Of a DNA stretch of 43,254 nt, positions 1 to 11,150 are shown in pieces. Each line of letters begins with the position of its first letter. Position 1 is the first letter of the stretch. This DNA is from Octopus bimaculoides (Eukaryota), in the NCBI RefSeq assembly GCF_001194135.2, contig NC_069007.1, forward strand, positions 12,337,617-12,380,870. Reading direction: 5' to 3'. Both the position numbers and the translations under genes were made by a program. The notes beneath the pieces were generated by a model. The model saw only the letters and a list, made by a program, of their open reading frames with translations, was not told the origin of the DNA and made no database searches.

Positions 1-36
1 ATGCTATATTTAAAAGCAGCAGAAATATAACAAAAG

Positions 37-76
37 ACTGTTACTCGGAGTTTCACGTTCCCGTTCATCTAACAAA
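37..76 (-). ncRNA. Minimal type-I hammerhead ribozyme-like motif (mirror copy, damaged 5' core)
   Basis: Minus strand TTTGT-TAGATGA-ACG(GGAA)CGT-GAAA-CT(CCG)AG-TA^ACAGT. Stem II is intact with a GNRA loop; positions 3 and 4 read U, A. Confidence 0.55.
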
Positions 77-116
77 ACTATCCGATGAACAGGAACGTGA
101 AACTCCGAGTAACAGT
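77..116 (+). ncRNA. Minimal type-I hammerhead ribozyme-like motif
   Basis: ACTAT-CCGATGA-ACA(GGAA)CGT-GAAA-CT(CCG)AG-TA^ACAGT. Deviations: U4C, one stem II mismatch, one stem I mismatch. Confidence 0.65.
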
Positions 117-273
117 CTTTTGTTATATTTCTGCTGCTTTTAAATAAAGTATATATATATATACATACACATATATATCTATATACATATATAAATACAT
201 AAGGATTTACTTTTCGTAATGAGATAAAAAAAACCAAGGCTGTGTATAATATAGAACATTTATAAATGGAAGG

Positions 274-319
274 TCTTACAGCTGTTTCCAGGATATTTAT
301 TATATCCCTTCATCGGAGA
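274..319 (-). ncRNA. Minimal type-I hammerhead ribozyme-like motif
   Basis: Minus strand TCT-CCGATGA-AGGGATAT(AATAA)ATATCCTG-GAAA-CAGCTG-TA^AGA. Palindromic stem III, 3-bp stem I, A.G at the base of stem II. Confidence 0.65.
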
Positions 320-354
320 TGGTGTGAGAAGATGGTTAAGCAATAGCTTAGGTA

Positions 355-378
355 TACATATATATATGTGTGTGTGTG

Positions 379-461
<83 letters not shown>
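355..461. repeat. (TA)/(TG)/(CA)n microsatellite
   Basis: Directly visible. Confidence 0.95.
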
Positions 462-465
<4 letters not shown>

Positions 466-733
466 TCATCCAGTCATAGAGGCAAAGAGAAAATATAGAA
501 TATATTATTGAGTCATAGTCCTCCAAGCAAGATTCGAAGGCAATAACTCCAAATAAGACTTGTCTTGGGCTTTGACAAGCCATACAACTGATTGCAGCAT
601 GGAAAGCAGATGTAAAATAATGACGATGGTAAACATATCAAATGACTTTGTTTAAATTACTGGAATTACAAAAGAAATGATATATATATGTGTGTGTGTA
701 AAAGTACGAAGAGAAACAACTAATGATATGAAC

Positions 734-791
<58 letters not shown>

Positions 792-1403
792 GATAGATAG
801 ATAGATAGATATATAAACATATACACATATAATCTTTCTGACTTTATGGTGAAGCAGATACAAAGTATGTGTGAGTGTGTGTGTTTATCTATATATATTT
901 ATTTATATATATTATATACATATATATGTGTGTGTGTATACACATATTATTTTGTAAATTATGATTGTTCCTTTTTTGTTTTGTTTTTTTCCTGTTTGTT
1001 TTATTTTTGTTGTGTCTTATTCCTCGTTTCACTTTGTCAATGCTAACAAGTCAAGAGATAATTTACTTTGTAATTATAATTTTGTTTTGTTTTGTTTTTT
1101 TTCCATTTCTGTCATGTGACTGGTATTTAATCATGTTTTATTAATTCCCTTGACTAATTCGTTAACTAATTGATTTCTTCATCTATTTTCTCTGCTCGTT
1201 CATTCATTCACTCACTCATTCATTCCATATCATTTCTGATTCTGATCGGTCATCATTTTGCTCAGCTTCTTTGATTTAAACTTCAGTTGCTGTTGTTTAA
1301 CCCTAGGTCTCCCCACATCAACCACCTGTATTATTACAGTTATTTCTTATGGCCACAATCCAACCTTTGTCGTAACAGACACTGTATTAAAATATTAAAA
1401 TCT

Positions 1404-1592
1404 AACTGGCAGAATCGTTAGCACACCAGGCAAAATGCTTAGTGGTATTTCATCCATCATTACATTCTGAGTTCAAATTCCACCAGGGTCCACTATGCCT
1501 TTCATCTTTTTGGGGTCAATACAACATCTTTTGGGGGTCAGTGAAATAAGCACCACCCCAAAATTGCTGGCCTTGTAACAAAATCAGAAATC
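1404..1592 (+). mobile_element. tRNA-derived SINE family A, degraded
   Basis: A-box-like TGGCAGAATCGTTAG and B-box-like GAGTTCAAATTCC; homologous to 5557-5790. Confidence 0.8.
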
Positions 1593-1815
1593 ATTATTAC
1601 CTCTGCCTTAGTGAAGGCAGAGGTATTGTTTTCAGTTGTGTTTGTTTGTTTGTTTGTCCATAGACAAGATATCTGAAGAACCACTGGATGGATCGGAATG
1701 AAACTTGCAGAGGTGTTTTGCCTTTTGACTGACACAGTCTCATTAGATTTTGGGATCGATCTGGTACTGGACAAGGATTCTGGATTATTTTTCCCATTTT
1801 TTTTTTTTTTTTTAC
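1593..1815 (+). mobile_element. Possible Helentron-associated (HINE/DINE-1-like) non-autonomous element
   Basis: 5' TTATTAC, perfect hairpin TACCTCTGCCTT-AGTG-AAGGCAGAGGTA (1598-1625), (GTTT)n tract, then a GGATCGGAATGAAACTT-type core; 3' end not defined. Confidence 0.45.
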
Positions 1816-2066
1816 TTTACATGTGAAGTTTTACATAGTTCTCTTGCATATGCACACACATACACACATATACGCACCCATTTTCAGCGTTGAACATTAC
1901 CGTCCCATTTCAACATCATCTCAGTTCAACTCCCTGCCAGGTAACCAGGTCAACAGAGAAATGTTAGCTGTCTTATCCAGGAGAATGTTTATCTGTCATG
2001 CACCACTTAACAGCATGCAACAATCCCTAAAAAGCATTTGGTTAAGAGGCGCTCTCGGCTCATCTC

Positions 2067-2412
2067 ATGATGATAATGATGATGATGACAATAACAACTA
2101 TGATGATGATCACAATGAGAATTACGATGGTTATGATGATGATGATGATGATGATGACCATGACAGTTATGATGATGATGATGGTGATGATAATTATGAT
2201 GATGACCATGACAATTATGATGATGAAGATGATGATGATGATGACCATGACAATTATGATGATGATGAAGATGATGATGATGATGACCATGACAATTATG
2301 AAGATGAAGATGATGATGATGATGACCATGACAATTATGATTATGACGATGACAATGATGACAATTATGATGATGACGATGATGATGAGAATGGCAATGA
2401 TAATAATCATAA
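2067..2412 (+). repeat. (GAT)n-derived minisatellite with a 39-48 bp higher-order unit
   Basis: GACCATGACAATTATGA (or a one-base variant) recurs 5 times among GAT triplets. Confidence 0.85.
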
Positions 2413-2599
2413 TCAATACCATCTTTCTCAGCATCATAACTGTACCCACACACACACAAAAGATTTAAACAGTGTTTAAAACTAGGTACTTCATTACTCA
2501 GAGGTTCACTAGTGACTTATTTGATAACCCTGGTGAGAGCTATTCCATCAACACATTTACTGTCACACGTGCCACCAGTGGTTCATTGCAAACTTCACA

Positions 2600-2784
2600 C
2601 AGTTGCCATATGTACCACCTTTAGTCGAGCAAATCGACCCCGGGACTTATTCTTTGTAAGCCTAGTTCTTGTTTTATCAATCTCTTTTGCTAAACCGCTA
2701 AGTTATAGGGACGTAAACACACCAGCATCGATTGTCAAGCGATGATGGGGGACAAACACAGATGCAGAAATATACACATGCATA

Positions 2785-2825
<41 letters not shown>

Positions 2826-3189
2826 CATCATCATCATCATCGTTTAACGTCCGCTTTCCATGCTAGCATGGGTTGGACGATTTGACTGAGTACTGGTGCA
2901 ACCGGATGGCTACACCAGGCTCCAATCTAAATTTGGCAGAATTTCTACAGCTGGATGCCCTTCCTAACGCCAACCACTCAGAGAGTGTAGTGGGTGCTTT
3001 TATATATATATAAATATATATATACGATGGGCTTCTTTCAGTTTCCGTCTACCAAGTCCACTGACAAGGCTTTGGTCGGCCTGAGGCTATAGTAGAAGAC
3101 ACTTGCCCAAAGTGCCACACAGTGGGACTGAACCCAAAACCATGTGGTTGGTAAACAAGCTACTTTCCACACAGCCACTGCTGCACCAG
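2600..3189 (-). mobile_element. tRNA/CORE-like SINE family B with a family C fragment nested in its internal microsatellite
   Basis: Head at 3189 (minus strand GTGGCTGTGTGG...GGTTCAGTCCC...TTTGGGCAAGTGTCTT); 3' part at 2600-2760; the C insert lies between TA tracts. Confidence 0.85.
2824..3001 (-). mobile_element. Family C retroposon 3' fragment with (GAT)n tail
   Basis: CATCATCGTTTAACGTCCGCTTTCCATGCTAGCATGGG, shared with 4005-4232, 23088-23545 and 30262-30583. Confidence 0.85.
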
Positions 3190-3193
3190 TATG

Positions 3194-3226
<33 letters not shown>

Positions 3227-4004
3227 NNNNNNNNNNNNNNNNNNNNNNNNNNNNNNNNNNNNNNNNNNNNNNNNNNNNNNNNNNNNNNNNNNNNNNNNNN
3301 NNNNNNNNNNNNNNNNNNNNNNNNNNNNNNNNNNNNNNNNNNNNNNNNNNNNNNNNNNNNNNNNNNNNNNNNNNNNNNNNNNNNNNNNNNNNNNNNNNNN
3401 NNNNNNNNNNNNNNNNNNNNNNNNNNNNNNNNNNNNNNNNNNNNNNNNNNNNNNNNNNNNNNNNNNNNNNNNNNNNNNNNNNNNNNNNNNNNNNNNNNNN
3501 NNNNNNNNNNNNNNNNNNNNNNNNNNNNNNNNNNNNNNNNNNNNNNNNNNNNNNNNNNNNNNNNNNNNNNNNNNNNNNNNNNNNNNNNNNNNNNNNNNNN
3601 NNNNNNNNNNNNNNNNNNNNNNNNNNNNNNNNNNNNNNNNNNNNNNNNNNNNNNNNNNNNNNNNNNNNNNNNNNNNNNNNNNNNNNNNNNNNNNNNNNNN
3701 NNNNNNNNNNNNNNNNNNNNNNNNNNNNNNNNNNNNNNNNNNNNNNNNNNNNNNNNNNNNNNNNNNNNNNNNNNNNNNNNNNNNNNNNNNNNNNNNNNNN
3801 NNNNNNNNNNNNNNNNNNNNNNNNNNNNNNNNNNNNNNNNNNNNNNNNNNNNNNNNNNNNNNNNNNNNNNNNNNNNNNNNNNNNNNNNNNNNNNNNNNNN
3901 NNNNNNNNNNNNNNNNNNNNNNNNNNNNNNNNNNNNNNNNNNNNNNNNNNNNNNNNNNNNNNNNNNNNNNNNNNNNNNNNNNNNNNNNNNNNNNNNNNNN
4001 NNNN

Positions 4005-4232
4005 AGCGTGGCCGTTGCCAGTATCGCCTGACTGGCCTTCGTGCAGGTGACACGTAAAAGCACCTACTACACTCTCTGAGTGGTTGGTGTTAGGAAGGGC
4101 ATCCAGCTGTAGAAACTCTGCCAAATTTAGATTGGAGCCTGGTGTTGCCATCCGGTTTCACCAGTCCTCAGTCAAATCATCCAACCCATGCTAGCATGGA
4201 AAGCGGACGTTAAACGATGATGATGATGATGA
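4005..4232 (+). mobile_element. Family C retroposon
   Basis: GTTAGGAAGGGCATCCAGCTGTAGAAAC core; ends GGACGTTAAACGATGATGAT. Confidence 0.85.
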
Positions 4233-4760
4233 TATATATAATTATATATACATACATACATATATATGAATAGGTAAATGTGTATACACACACCTAAGTG
4301 TGTGTATGTGAGTGTGAAGTATGAAAACACACTTAAGATCTTGTGTACTATACTTGCTCCATTGATCTTTCATCAGCACACATGTATACACATGCTCCCA
4401 CACACACACGCACACACACACACACACACATGCAATAAACGAGAGATGTGAAGAGGGAATGTCAGGTAAATTGTTTGGGGAAAGAAACAAGAGGGAAAAG
4501 AGAAGAAAAAGATTGCGCATTTCTATGTAAATGGCTGATACGAATGTCTTGTGTTCATTCTCATCACTAATGACGGAGTATTATCTCTTGAGCTTAATTA
4601 ACTAGTAATTAATTAGTGGTGTAGTCATTATCTTCTTGGATAGATCCTCCAATATAATTAAATTTCTTTAGCTCCTCAATAAGCCAGGCCTGTCTACTTG
4701 GCTGCTTGTCTTGCTAGAAATAGCAGCCAGATGTTCATTAAATTATACACTGTGCTGTCG

Positions 4761-5222
4761 TACTCTTTCACATGTTTCAGTCATTAGATTGTGGCCATGC
4801 TGGGGCACCACTTTGAAGAGTTTAGTTGGACAGATTGAATTGGCCCCGTTACTTTTTCTTTTTTAGCATGGTACTTATTTTATCTGTTTCTTTTACCAAA
4901 CTGCTAAGTCATGTGGATATAAACAAACTGTCACTGGTTGTCAGGCAGTGGTAGGATACAAACACAATGCAGCGACAAAAACATATGATGGGCTTTCTCA
5001 CAGTTTCCATCTAACAAATTCATTCACAAGGCTTTGGCTAGCCCTGAGTTTTAGTAGAAGACACTTGATCAAGTTACATCCTTGTAACTTAGTGGTTCAT
5101 CAAAAGTGACTAATAGAATAAGTACCAGGCTTTAGAATAAAAGCTCTGCAGTTGATTTTTTTAACTAAACTCTTAAGGGCAGTGCCCCAGCATGGCCATG
5201 GTCCAATGACTGAACAAAGTTT
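4761..5222. mobile_element. Two family B SINE fragments in opposite orientation (about 4761-5075 minus, 5075-5222 plus)
   Basis: Homology to full-length B copies at 15006-15385 and 29139-29527. Confidence 0.7.
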
Positions 5223-5319
5223 TACTGGAAGATAAAAAGTATTAATCCAGATTAAAGAATTGGCAGAACTTCTAAAAGGTCAAGGCAAGAAGTCTTGTAG
5301 GATCTGTTCCAGTTCCTTG

Positions 5320-5830
5320 GCAATGGTAACACTAGTGCCAACTTCTGACAACCCCAGTCATGGCATATATTGGTATCACGCAAATGGCACCCATTCTGGT
5401 GGCATGTAAAAGCACATATTACACTGTCAGAGTGGTTGGCATTAGGAAAGGCATCCAGCTGTAGAAACCATGCCAAATCAGACTGGAATATGGTGCAGCC
5501 TTCCAGCTTGCTGTCCCTGGTCAAACCAGCCAACCTATGCCAGTATGGACAACAGAGGGTAGCGACCTGGCAGAATCGTTAGCACGCCGGGCGAAATGCT
5601 TCGTGGTATTTCGTCTGCCATTATGTTCTGAGTTCAAATTCTGCCGAGGTCGACTTTACCTTTCATCCTTTCGGGAACGATTAAATAAGTACCAATTACG
5701 CACTGGGGTCGATGTAATCGACTTACTCTCTTTGTATGTCCTTGTTTGTCCCCTCTATGTTTAGCCCCCTGTGTGGGGAATAAAGAAATAAGTATGGACA
5801 ACAGATACTGAATGTTGATTATGATGATAA
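5320..5830 (+). mobile_element. Family C retroposon interrupted by a family A SINE
   Basis: C sequence stops at 5556 and resumes at 5806, followed by a GAT tail. Confidence 0.8.
5557..5790 (+). mobile_element. Full-length family A SINE with a 15-bp target-site duplication
   Basis: TSD AGTATGGACAACAGA at 5542-5556 and 5791-5805; pol III A/B boxes present. Confidence 0.92.
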
Positions 5831-5914
5831 ATATTTGTGTCAGATAAAAGAGAGAAGCTTGTAAGTATGGGCATATTCCAGTCTTCTGCAAAAGATGTTG
5901 CTCAGGTTATCACA

Positions 5915-6262
5915 CATGTGTGGCACTCCATCGGTTACAACGATGAGGGTTCCAGTTGATCCAATCAACGGAACAGCCTGCTCATGAAATTAACATGCTA
6001 GTGGCTGAGCACTCCACAGACACGTGTACCCTTAACGTAGTCCTCGAGGAGATTCAGTGTGACACAGAGTGTGACAAGGCTGGCCCTTTGAATTACAGGT
6101 ACAACAGAAACAGGAAATGAGAGTGAGAGAAAGTTGTGGTGAAAGCGTTCAGCAGAGTTCACCACCACCCCCTGCCAGAGTCTCAGGGAGCTTTTGGTAT
6201 TTTCACTCAATAAACACTCATAACTTCCGGTCTGGGAATCGAAACTGCAATTCTATGACCCA
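5915..6262 (-). mobile_element. tRNA-derived SINE family D
   Basis: Reverse complement of 22107-22477 and 34431-34610 (GGAACAGCCTGCTC...GTGACAAGGCTG). Confidence 0.85.
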
Positions 6263-6416
6263 ACCTTCTGAGTTCTTGCACAGGGGTTTTCAAAAACTGA
6301 AGGACCACTGCAATAAGTGTATGAATCTGAGAGGGGAATATGTTGAATAAAATCATAATTAACTGATCCTCCTGTATTTTCTTTTACTCAAAGCCAGGAA
6401 GTTTATTAGCACCCAC
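6258..6416 (+). mobile_element. mariner-derived MITE, 3' half
   Basis: Retains a KLKDHCNKCMNLRGEYVE* stretch resembling a mariner transposase C-terminus; TIR AAAGCCAGGAA. Confidence 0.75.
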
Positions 6417-6423
6417 ACTTATG

Positions 6424-6764
<341 letters not shown>

Positions 6765-6765
6765 A

Positions 6766-6797
<32 letters not shown>

Positions 6798-6922
6798 NNN
6801 NNNNNNNNNNNNNNNNNNNNNNNNNNNNNNNNNNNNNNNNNNNNNNNNNNNNNNNNNNNNNNNNNNNNNNNNNNNNNNNNNNNNNNNNNNNNNNNNNNNN
6901 NNNNNNNNNNNNNNNNNNNNNN

Positions 6923-7109
6923 CTGATGTTATCCAAGGGAAAGGCAAAGGCTGAAACAGCTTGGCACCTGTGACATCACAACTCATTTCTACAGCTGAGT
7001 GAACTGGAGCAACGTGAAATAAAGTGTCTTGCTCAAGAACTCAACTTGCAGCCCGGTCCGGGATACAAACTCACAACCTCACAGTCATAAGTTCGATGCT
7101 CTAACCACT
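6923..7109 (-). mobile_element. tRNA-derived SINE family E
   Basis: Minus strand AGTGGTTAGAGC...GTTCTTGAGCAAGACAC; related to 11250-11500. Confidence 0.75.
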
Positions 7110-7220
7110 AGCGTAGCTCGAAACGTCAAAGACTTTCCGTATTCCCGAGCGTCATACTAATATATCCTTTTGTTATTTACACCACCTGTCCTCGTCTGTT
7201 GTTATTATTTGTATATTCTC

Positions 7221-7222
<2 letters not shown>
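7110..7222 (+). mobile_element. Penelope-like terminal fragment with a 5'-truncated hammerhead
   Basis: 111 of 113 bases identical to 26200-26312; starts inside hammerhead stem II (AGCGTAGCTCGAAACGTC). Confidence 0.7.
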
Positions 7223-7304
<82 letters not shown>

Positions 7305-7357
7305 ACATATATACACAGGTAATCATGTGTATGCGTGTGAAAGTATGTCTATGCATG

Positions 7358-7533
7358 TACAAGGGGTTGCTGAGAAGTTCCTGGCTTTAAGGGTATTGCA
7401 AAAGTTCTGGTTGGAGGCCCAACCTTCTAAGTTCTTGTACAGGGTTTTAAAAAAACCTGAAGGATCCCTATATAACTGATCCTCCTGCATTTTCTTTTAC
7501 ACAAAGCCAGGAACTTTTCAGCATCCCCTCGAA
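7358..7533 (+). mobile_element. mariner-type MITE with both TIRs
   Basis: TA, then CAAGGGGTTGCTGAGAAGTTCCTGGCTTT ... AAAGCCAGGAACTTTTCAGCATCCCCTCG; 29-bp TIR with 3 mismatches. Confidence 0.85.
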
Positions 7534-7549
7534 CACTCTGTCTACATTA

Positions 7550-7690
7550 ACCCCCAGTCCTTGATCCCTGAAGGATAATAAGTAAATTTGACCTTGGTGC
7601 TATTTGAACTCAGCATGTAAAGAATTGAAGGAAATACTGCAAAACATTTCTTCCAATGCACTACCAATTCTGGCAGCTTGCTGCTACTTG
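7550..7690 (-). mobile_element. Family A SINE, degraded
   Basis: TTTGAACTCAG (B box) and TTCTGGCAGC on the plus strand. Confidence 0.65.
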
Positions 7691-7885
7691 TACAGTAGGA
7701 GAGATCTTTATTTTACCATTTCAGCCTTAAAGAACCATAAAAACTGTTTGTTCTGCTACAATTGTGACATTGCAATGAAATATCACCAACAAAATAATAC
7801 AAAATGGTTCTTTATATTACACAGGGGGCAACAAACAGGGTACAAAGTAAATAAGGATTGCAGGAAAAAACAAAATAAAAAACAT

Positions 7886-7905
7886 TGATGATGATGATGA
7901 TGATG

Positions 7906-7949
<44 letters not shown>

Positions 7950-8068
7950 AATAACAACAACAACAACAGCAAAAACAACAATGGTAGTAGTATTAGTAGT
8001 AGTGGTAGTAGTAGTAAAAATAAGACTACTGAATAATGACAATAATAATAATAATAATAATAATGATA
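7886..8068. repeat. (GAT)/(AAT)/(AAC)/(AGT)n compound trinucleotide microsatellite
   Basis: Directly visible. Confidence 0.95.
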
Positions 8069-8169
8069 ATCGTTTCTTTTATTGTGTTTTTACGGTGTAC
8101 GGTCATTACAGTATGCATGGTTAAAGCTGACATTGGTAGCTACGAGCATTAACAGATGTCGATGACGTT

Positions 8170-8193
8170 ATGTGTATGTATATCTCATTTTAT

Positions 8194-8224
<31 letters not shown>

Positions 8225-8230
8225 CATACA

Positions 8231-8265
<35 letters not shown>

Positions 8266-8312
8266 GTATATGTATATATGAATTATATTAGTTACTAACA
8301 AAAGATAAAAGT

Positions 8313-8353
<41 letters not shown>

Positions 8354-8539
8354 ATGTGTTTGTATATATATATTGTATACATATGTGTTTGTATATATAT
8401 ATATATATATTGTATACATATGTGTTTGTATGTATATATATATATATACATGTGTGTGTGTGTATACAAATATGTGTATGTGTGTATATAGATATATAAA
8501 TATATATATACATATATATATATGCATATATATACATAC

Positions 8540-8616
<77 letters not shown>

Positions 8617-8750
8617 CACACACACATACACACACACACACAAACACAGATATATGTTTGATGACAATGAAGATAATTGTAATGATATGTATGTATGTAT
8701 ATTGGTATATATATATATATATGTGTGTGTGCATGTATGCTGATGTAGAT
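8170..8750. repeat. (TACA)/(TA)/(CA)n compound microsatellite
   Basis: Directly visible. Confidence 0.95.
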
Positions 8751-9407
8751 GTGAATGAATGAGGTGAACAGTAGCACACACAGACTCACAATGTAAACCA
8801 TTTTTCTGATGAACAAGAACGCAAACAAACAAACAAACAAAGAAGCAAGCAAGCAAGATAGCTCAACCGCTCCACCCTTCCTCTCACCCTCCACCGCTAG
8901 TACCACCACCATCACCACCATCCGACCAATGGTTCAAAAACCTATGATTTAATAATATAGATAGTCCGTCCATTAGCAATTAATCTTCTTCAGTATAGAA
9001 TAAAAAAAAAAAAATCATGATGTAGACATGAATGAATGAGAGATGATGAATGAATGAATGAATGACTTGAATGAATGAATGAATGAATGAATAAGAGTAA
9101 GTTAGGGTGGTTGGGTGGAAGAGGGAGTGGGTTGAGGGTGTTTATTGTTATTTGTTTGTTGTGGTTTTTGTACTGTTTTATCCAAAGATTAATGGAAAAA
9201 GAAAGGGATTTAGTCTCCTCAACTCAGATTTTCTTCTACGTTTTTGTTCGTTTCTTTTCTTTATTTATTATTTATTATTTTGTTTTGTGTTTTTTTTGTT
9301 TTCTTTTTCTTAATGTTTCTAATGGTGCAGAATCTAGAATCCAGATCTAATGAGCCACTTAATCACCACCCTACGACTCTTTTAACTCTGACTGACCCCC
9401 AACCTGG

Positions 9408-9598
9408 TATATGTATGTATACATGCATGTATGTATGTATGTATGTATGTATGCATGCATGCATGTATGTATGTGTATGTATGCATGCATGTATGTATGT
9501 ATGCATGTATGCATGTATGTATGCATGTATATATATGTTTGCATGTATATATATGTATGCATGTATGTTTGTATGTATTATGTATGCATGTATGTATG
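9408..9598. repeat. (ATGT)/(ATGC)n microsatellite
   Basis: Directly visible. Confidence 0.95.
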
Positions 9599-10166
9599 TT
9601 CTTCTTAAGAGAGTTCAAGCAGGTCACTAACAAAGTGACAAGACTTTTTGAGTGAAGAGAGTTCCTGGTGTTTGTAAGTAAATGCGTGGTTGTGTTGGTG
9701 GGTCGGTCGAGCTGTCGATGCATACACCCAAGTGCGTACGTCCATTCATATAAGAATCTCAGATACAGAATTTTTAGACCGTTTTACAAATCGTCACTGT
9801 ACCACTATGTATGTATGTGTGTTTGTGTGGACAAGTGTCTTCTACTATAGCCTTGGACTGACCAGAGCCTTGTGAGTGGATTTGGTAGATCGAAACTAAA
9901 TGAAGCTCATGCAGAATATAAACAAATTGAATACACATGTGCAAAAAAAATGTGCTTAATCAAACTAGGAACCCCACACCTAAATAATACTCACCCCGCC
10001 CTAATTGCCTAACGAAGCTAACCAGTCTACCACAATCAAACCTCCACCCAGCGAATTTACCAGCGCAAGAACAAAATTTAATGTAAGACTTACTACTTTT
10101 GTTTATATTACCATCACATATGTATCAATTATTTTCGCATCCTAACCGATGCATCTATCTGTATTT

Positions 10167-10217
10167 GCATTCTGAAGATATTTACTTAAACCAGTAAATC
10201 GAAACGATTGTAGATGC
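10167..10217 (+). ncRNA. Type-I hammerhead ribozyme motif, the best preserved in the window
   Basis: GCATT-CTGAAGA-T-ATTTACT(TAAACC)AGTAAAT-C-GAAA-CGATTG-TA^GATGC. Canonical CUGANGA and GAAA, 5-bp stem I, 7-bp stem II, GUA site; only the 10.1/11.1 pair (U.C) is non-canonical. Confidence 0.78.
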
Positions 10218-10500
10218 TACCATCATCTCTGCAGCTTCCTTCTTTGTTATCTAATTAAATTAAAGGCATACCAGCGAAAACCACGCTTGACAACCAAAAT
10301 TTGTGATTATGTCCCTGTAGCTTAGCGATTCAGCAAAAGAGACCAATAGAATCAGTACTAGGCTTGCAAAGAATAAGTGTGTGTGTATGTTTGTGTTTAT
10401 GAGTATGTGAGTATGTATGTGTGTTTTGTGTGTGTATATATATATGTATGTATGTGTTTGTGTGTGTGTATGTGTTTGAGTGTGTGTATGTATGTATATA

Positions 10501-10721
10501 TTTATATTAAGGGCATTACCTACACATTAATGCCTCATGCTATGAGGGACCCTTAAAGTCAAAACTACCATAATAAATACAATTTTGAATCTGTTTTTAG
10601 GAGTTCGCTTCAAGAGTTGCATTCCCTCGCATTCGGTACACTGTATTTACTATGGTAGTATTGACTTTAAGAGTCCCTCATAGCGTGAGGCATTTACGTG
10701 TGGTAATGCCCTTAATATAAA
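10501..10721. mobile_element. MITE/fold-back element with about 80-bp TIRs
   Basis: 10501-10581 is the reverse complement of 10642-10721 with a few mismatches; TA-rich flanks. Confidence 0.88.
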
Positions 10722-10824
10722 TAAATATATTTAAAGGGAATAATTATAAATTTTTCCCTTATGAGGTTTTTTCATGCTGACTACTTGAGAAATTCTTATA
10801 AAGATTTTATCCTATTCTTAAATA

Positions 10825-10892
<68 letters not shown>

Positions 10893-11150
10893 GGGCTTCT
10901 TTTCAGTTTCTGTTGACCAAATTCACTCAAAAGGCTTTGGACAGTGTGCGGTTATAGTAGAAGACACTTTTCCAAGGTGCAACTCAGTGGGGCAGAACCC
11001 ACTCTCTCTTCCCAACTAGGAAGCCTCATATTCTCTTCCTCAACCAGACACCTCTTCTTGTCCTTCTATCAGACTTTCACCTCCTTCAGTCTTACACAAC
11101 TGAGTGGGGTGAGATTATGTCTACACAAACATGGCCACAGTCTAATTATA

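Larger units (their letters stand above)
7..146. repeat. Inverted repeat with 63-bp arms (7-69, 84-146) and a 14-nt spacer; probable inverted Penelope-like pseudo-LTR pair
   Basis: Arms are reverse complements with one mismatch (CCCGTTC vs CCTGTTC); each arm carries a hammerhead motif. Confidence 0.9.

Noticed and set aside
4155-4171. CTGAGGA...GAAA in family C (minus strand) as a hammerhead
   Set aside because: Only 5 nt separate the motifs, there is no stem II, and no NUH lies in register.
8806-8826. CTGATGAACAAGAACGCAAAC resembling the 77-116 hammerhead
   Set aside because: No GAAA, stem III or stem I partner; it runs into (CAAA)n.
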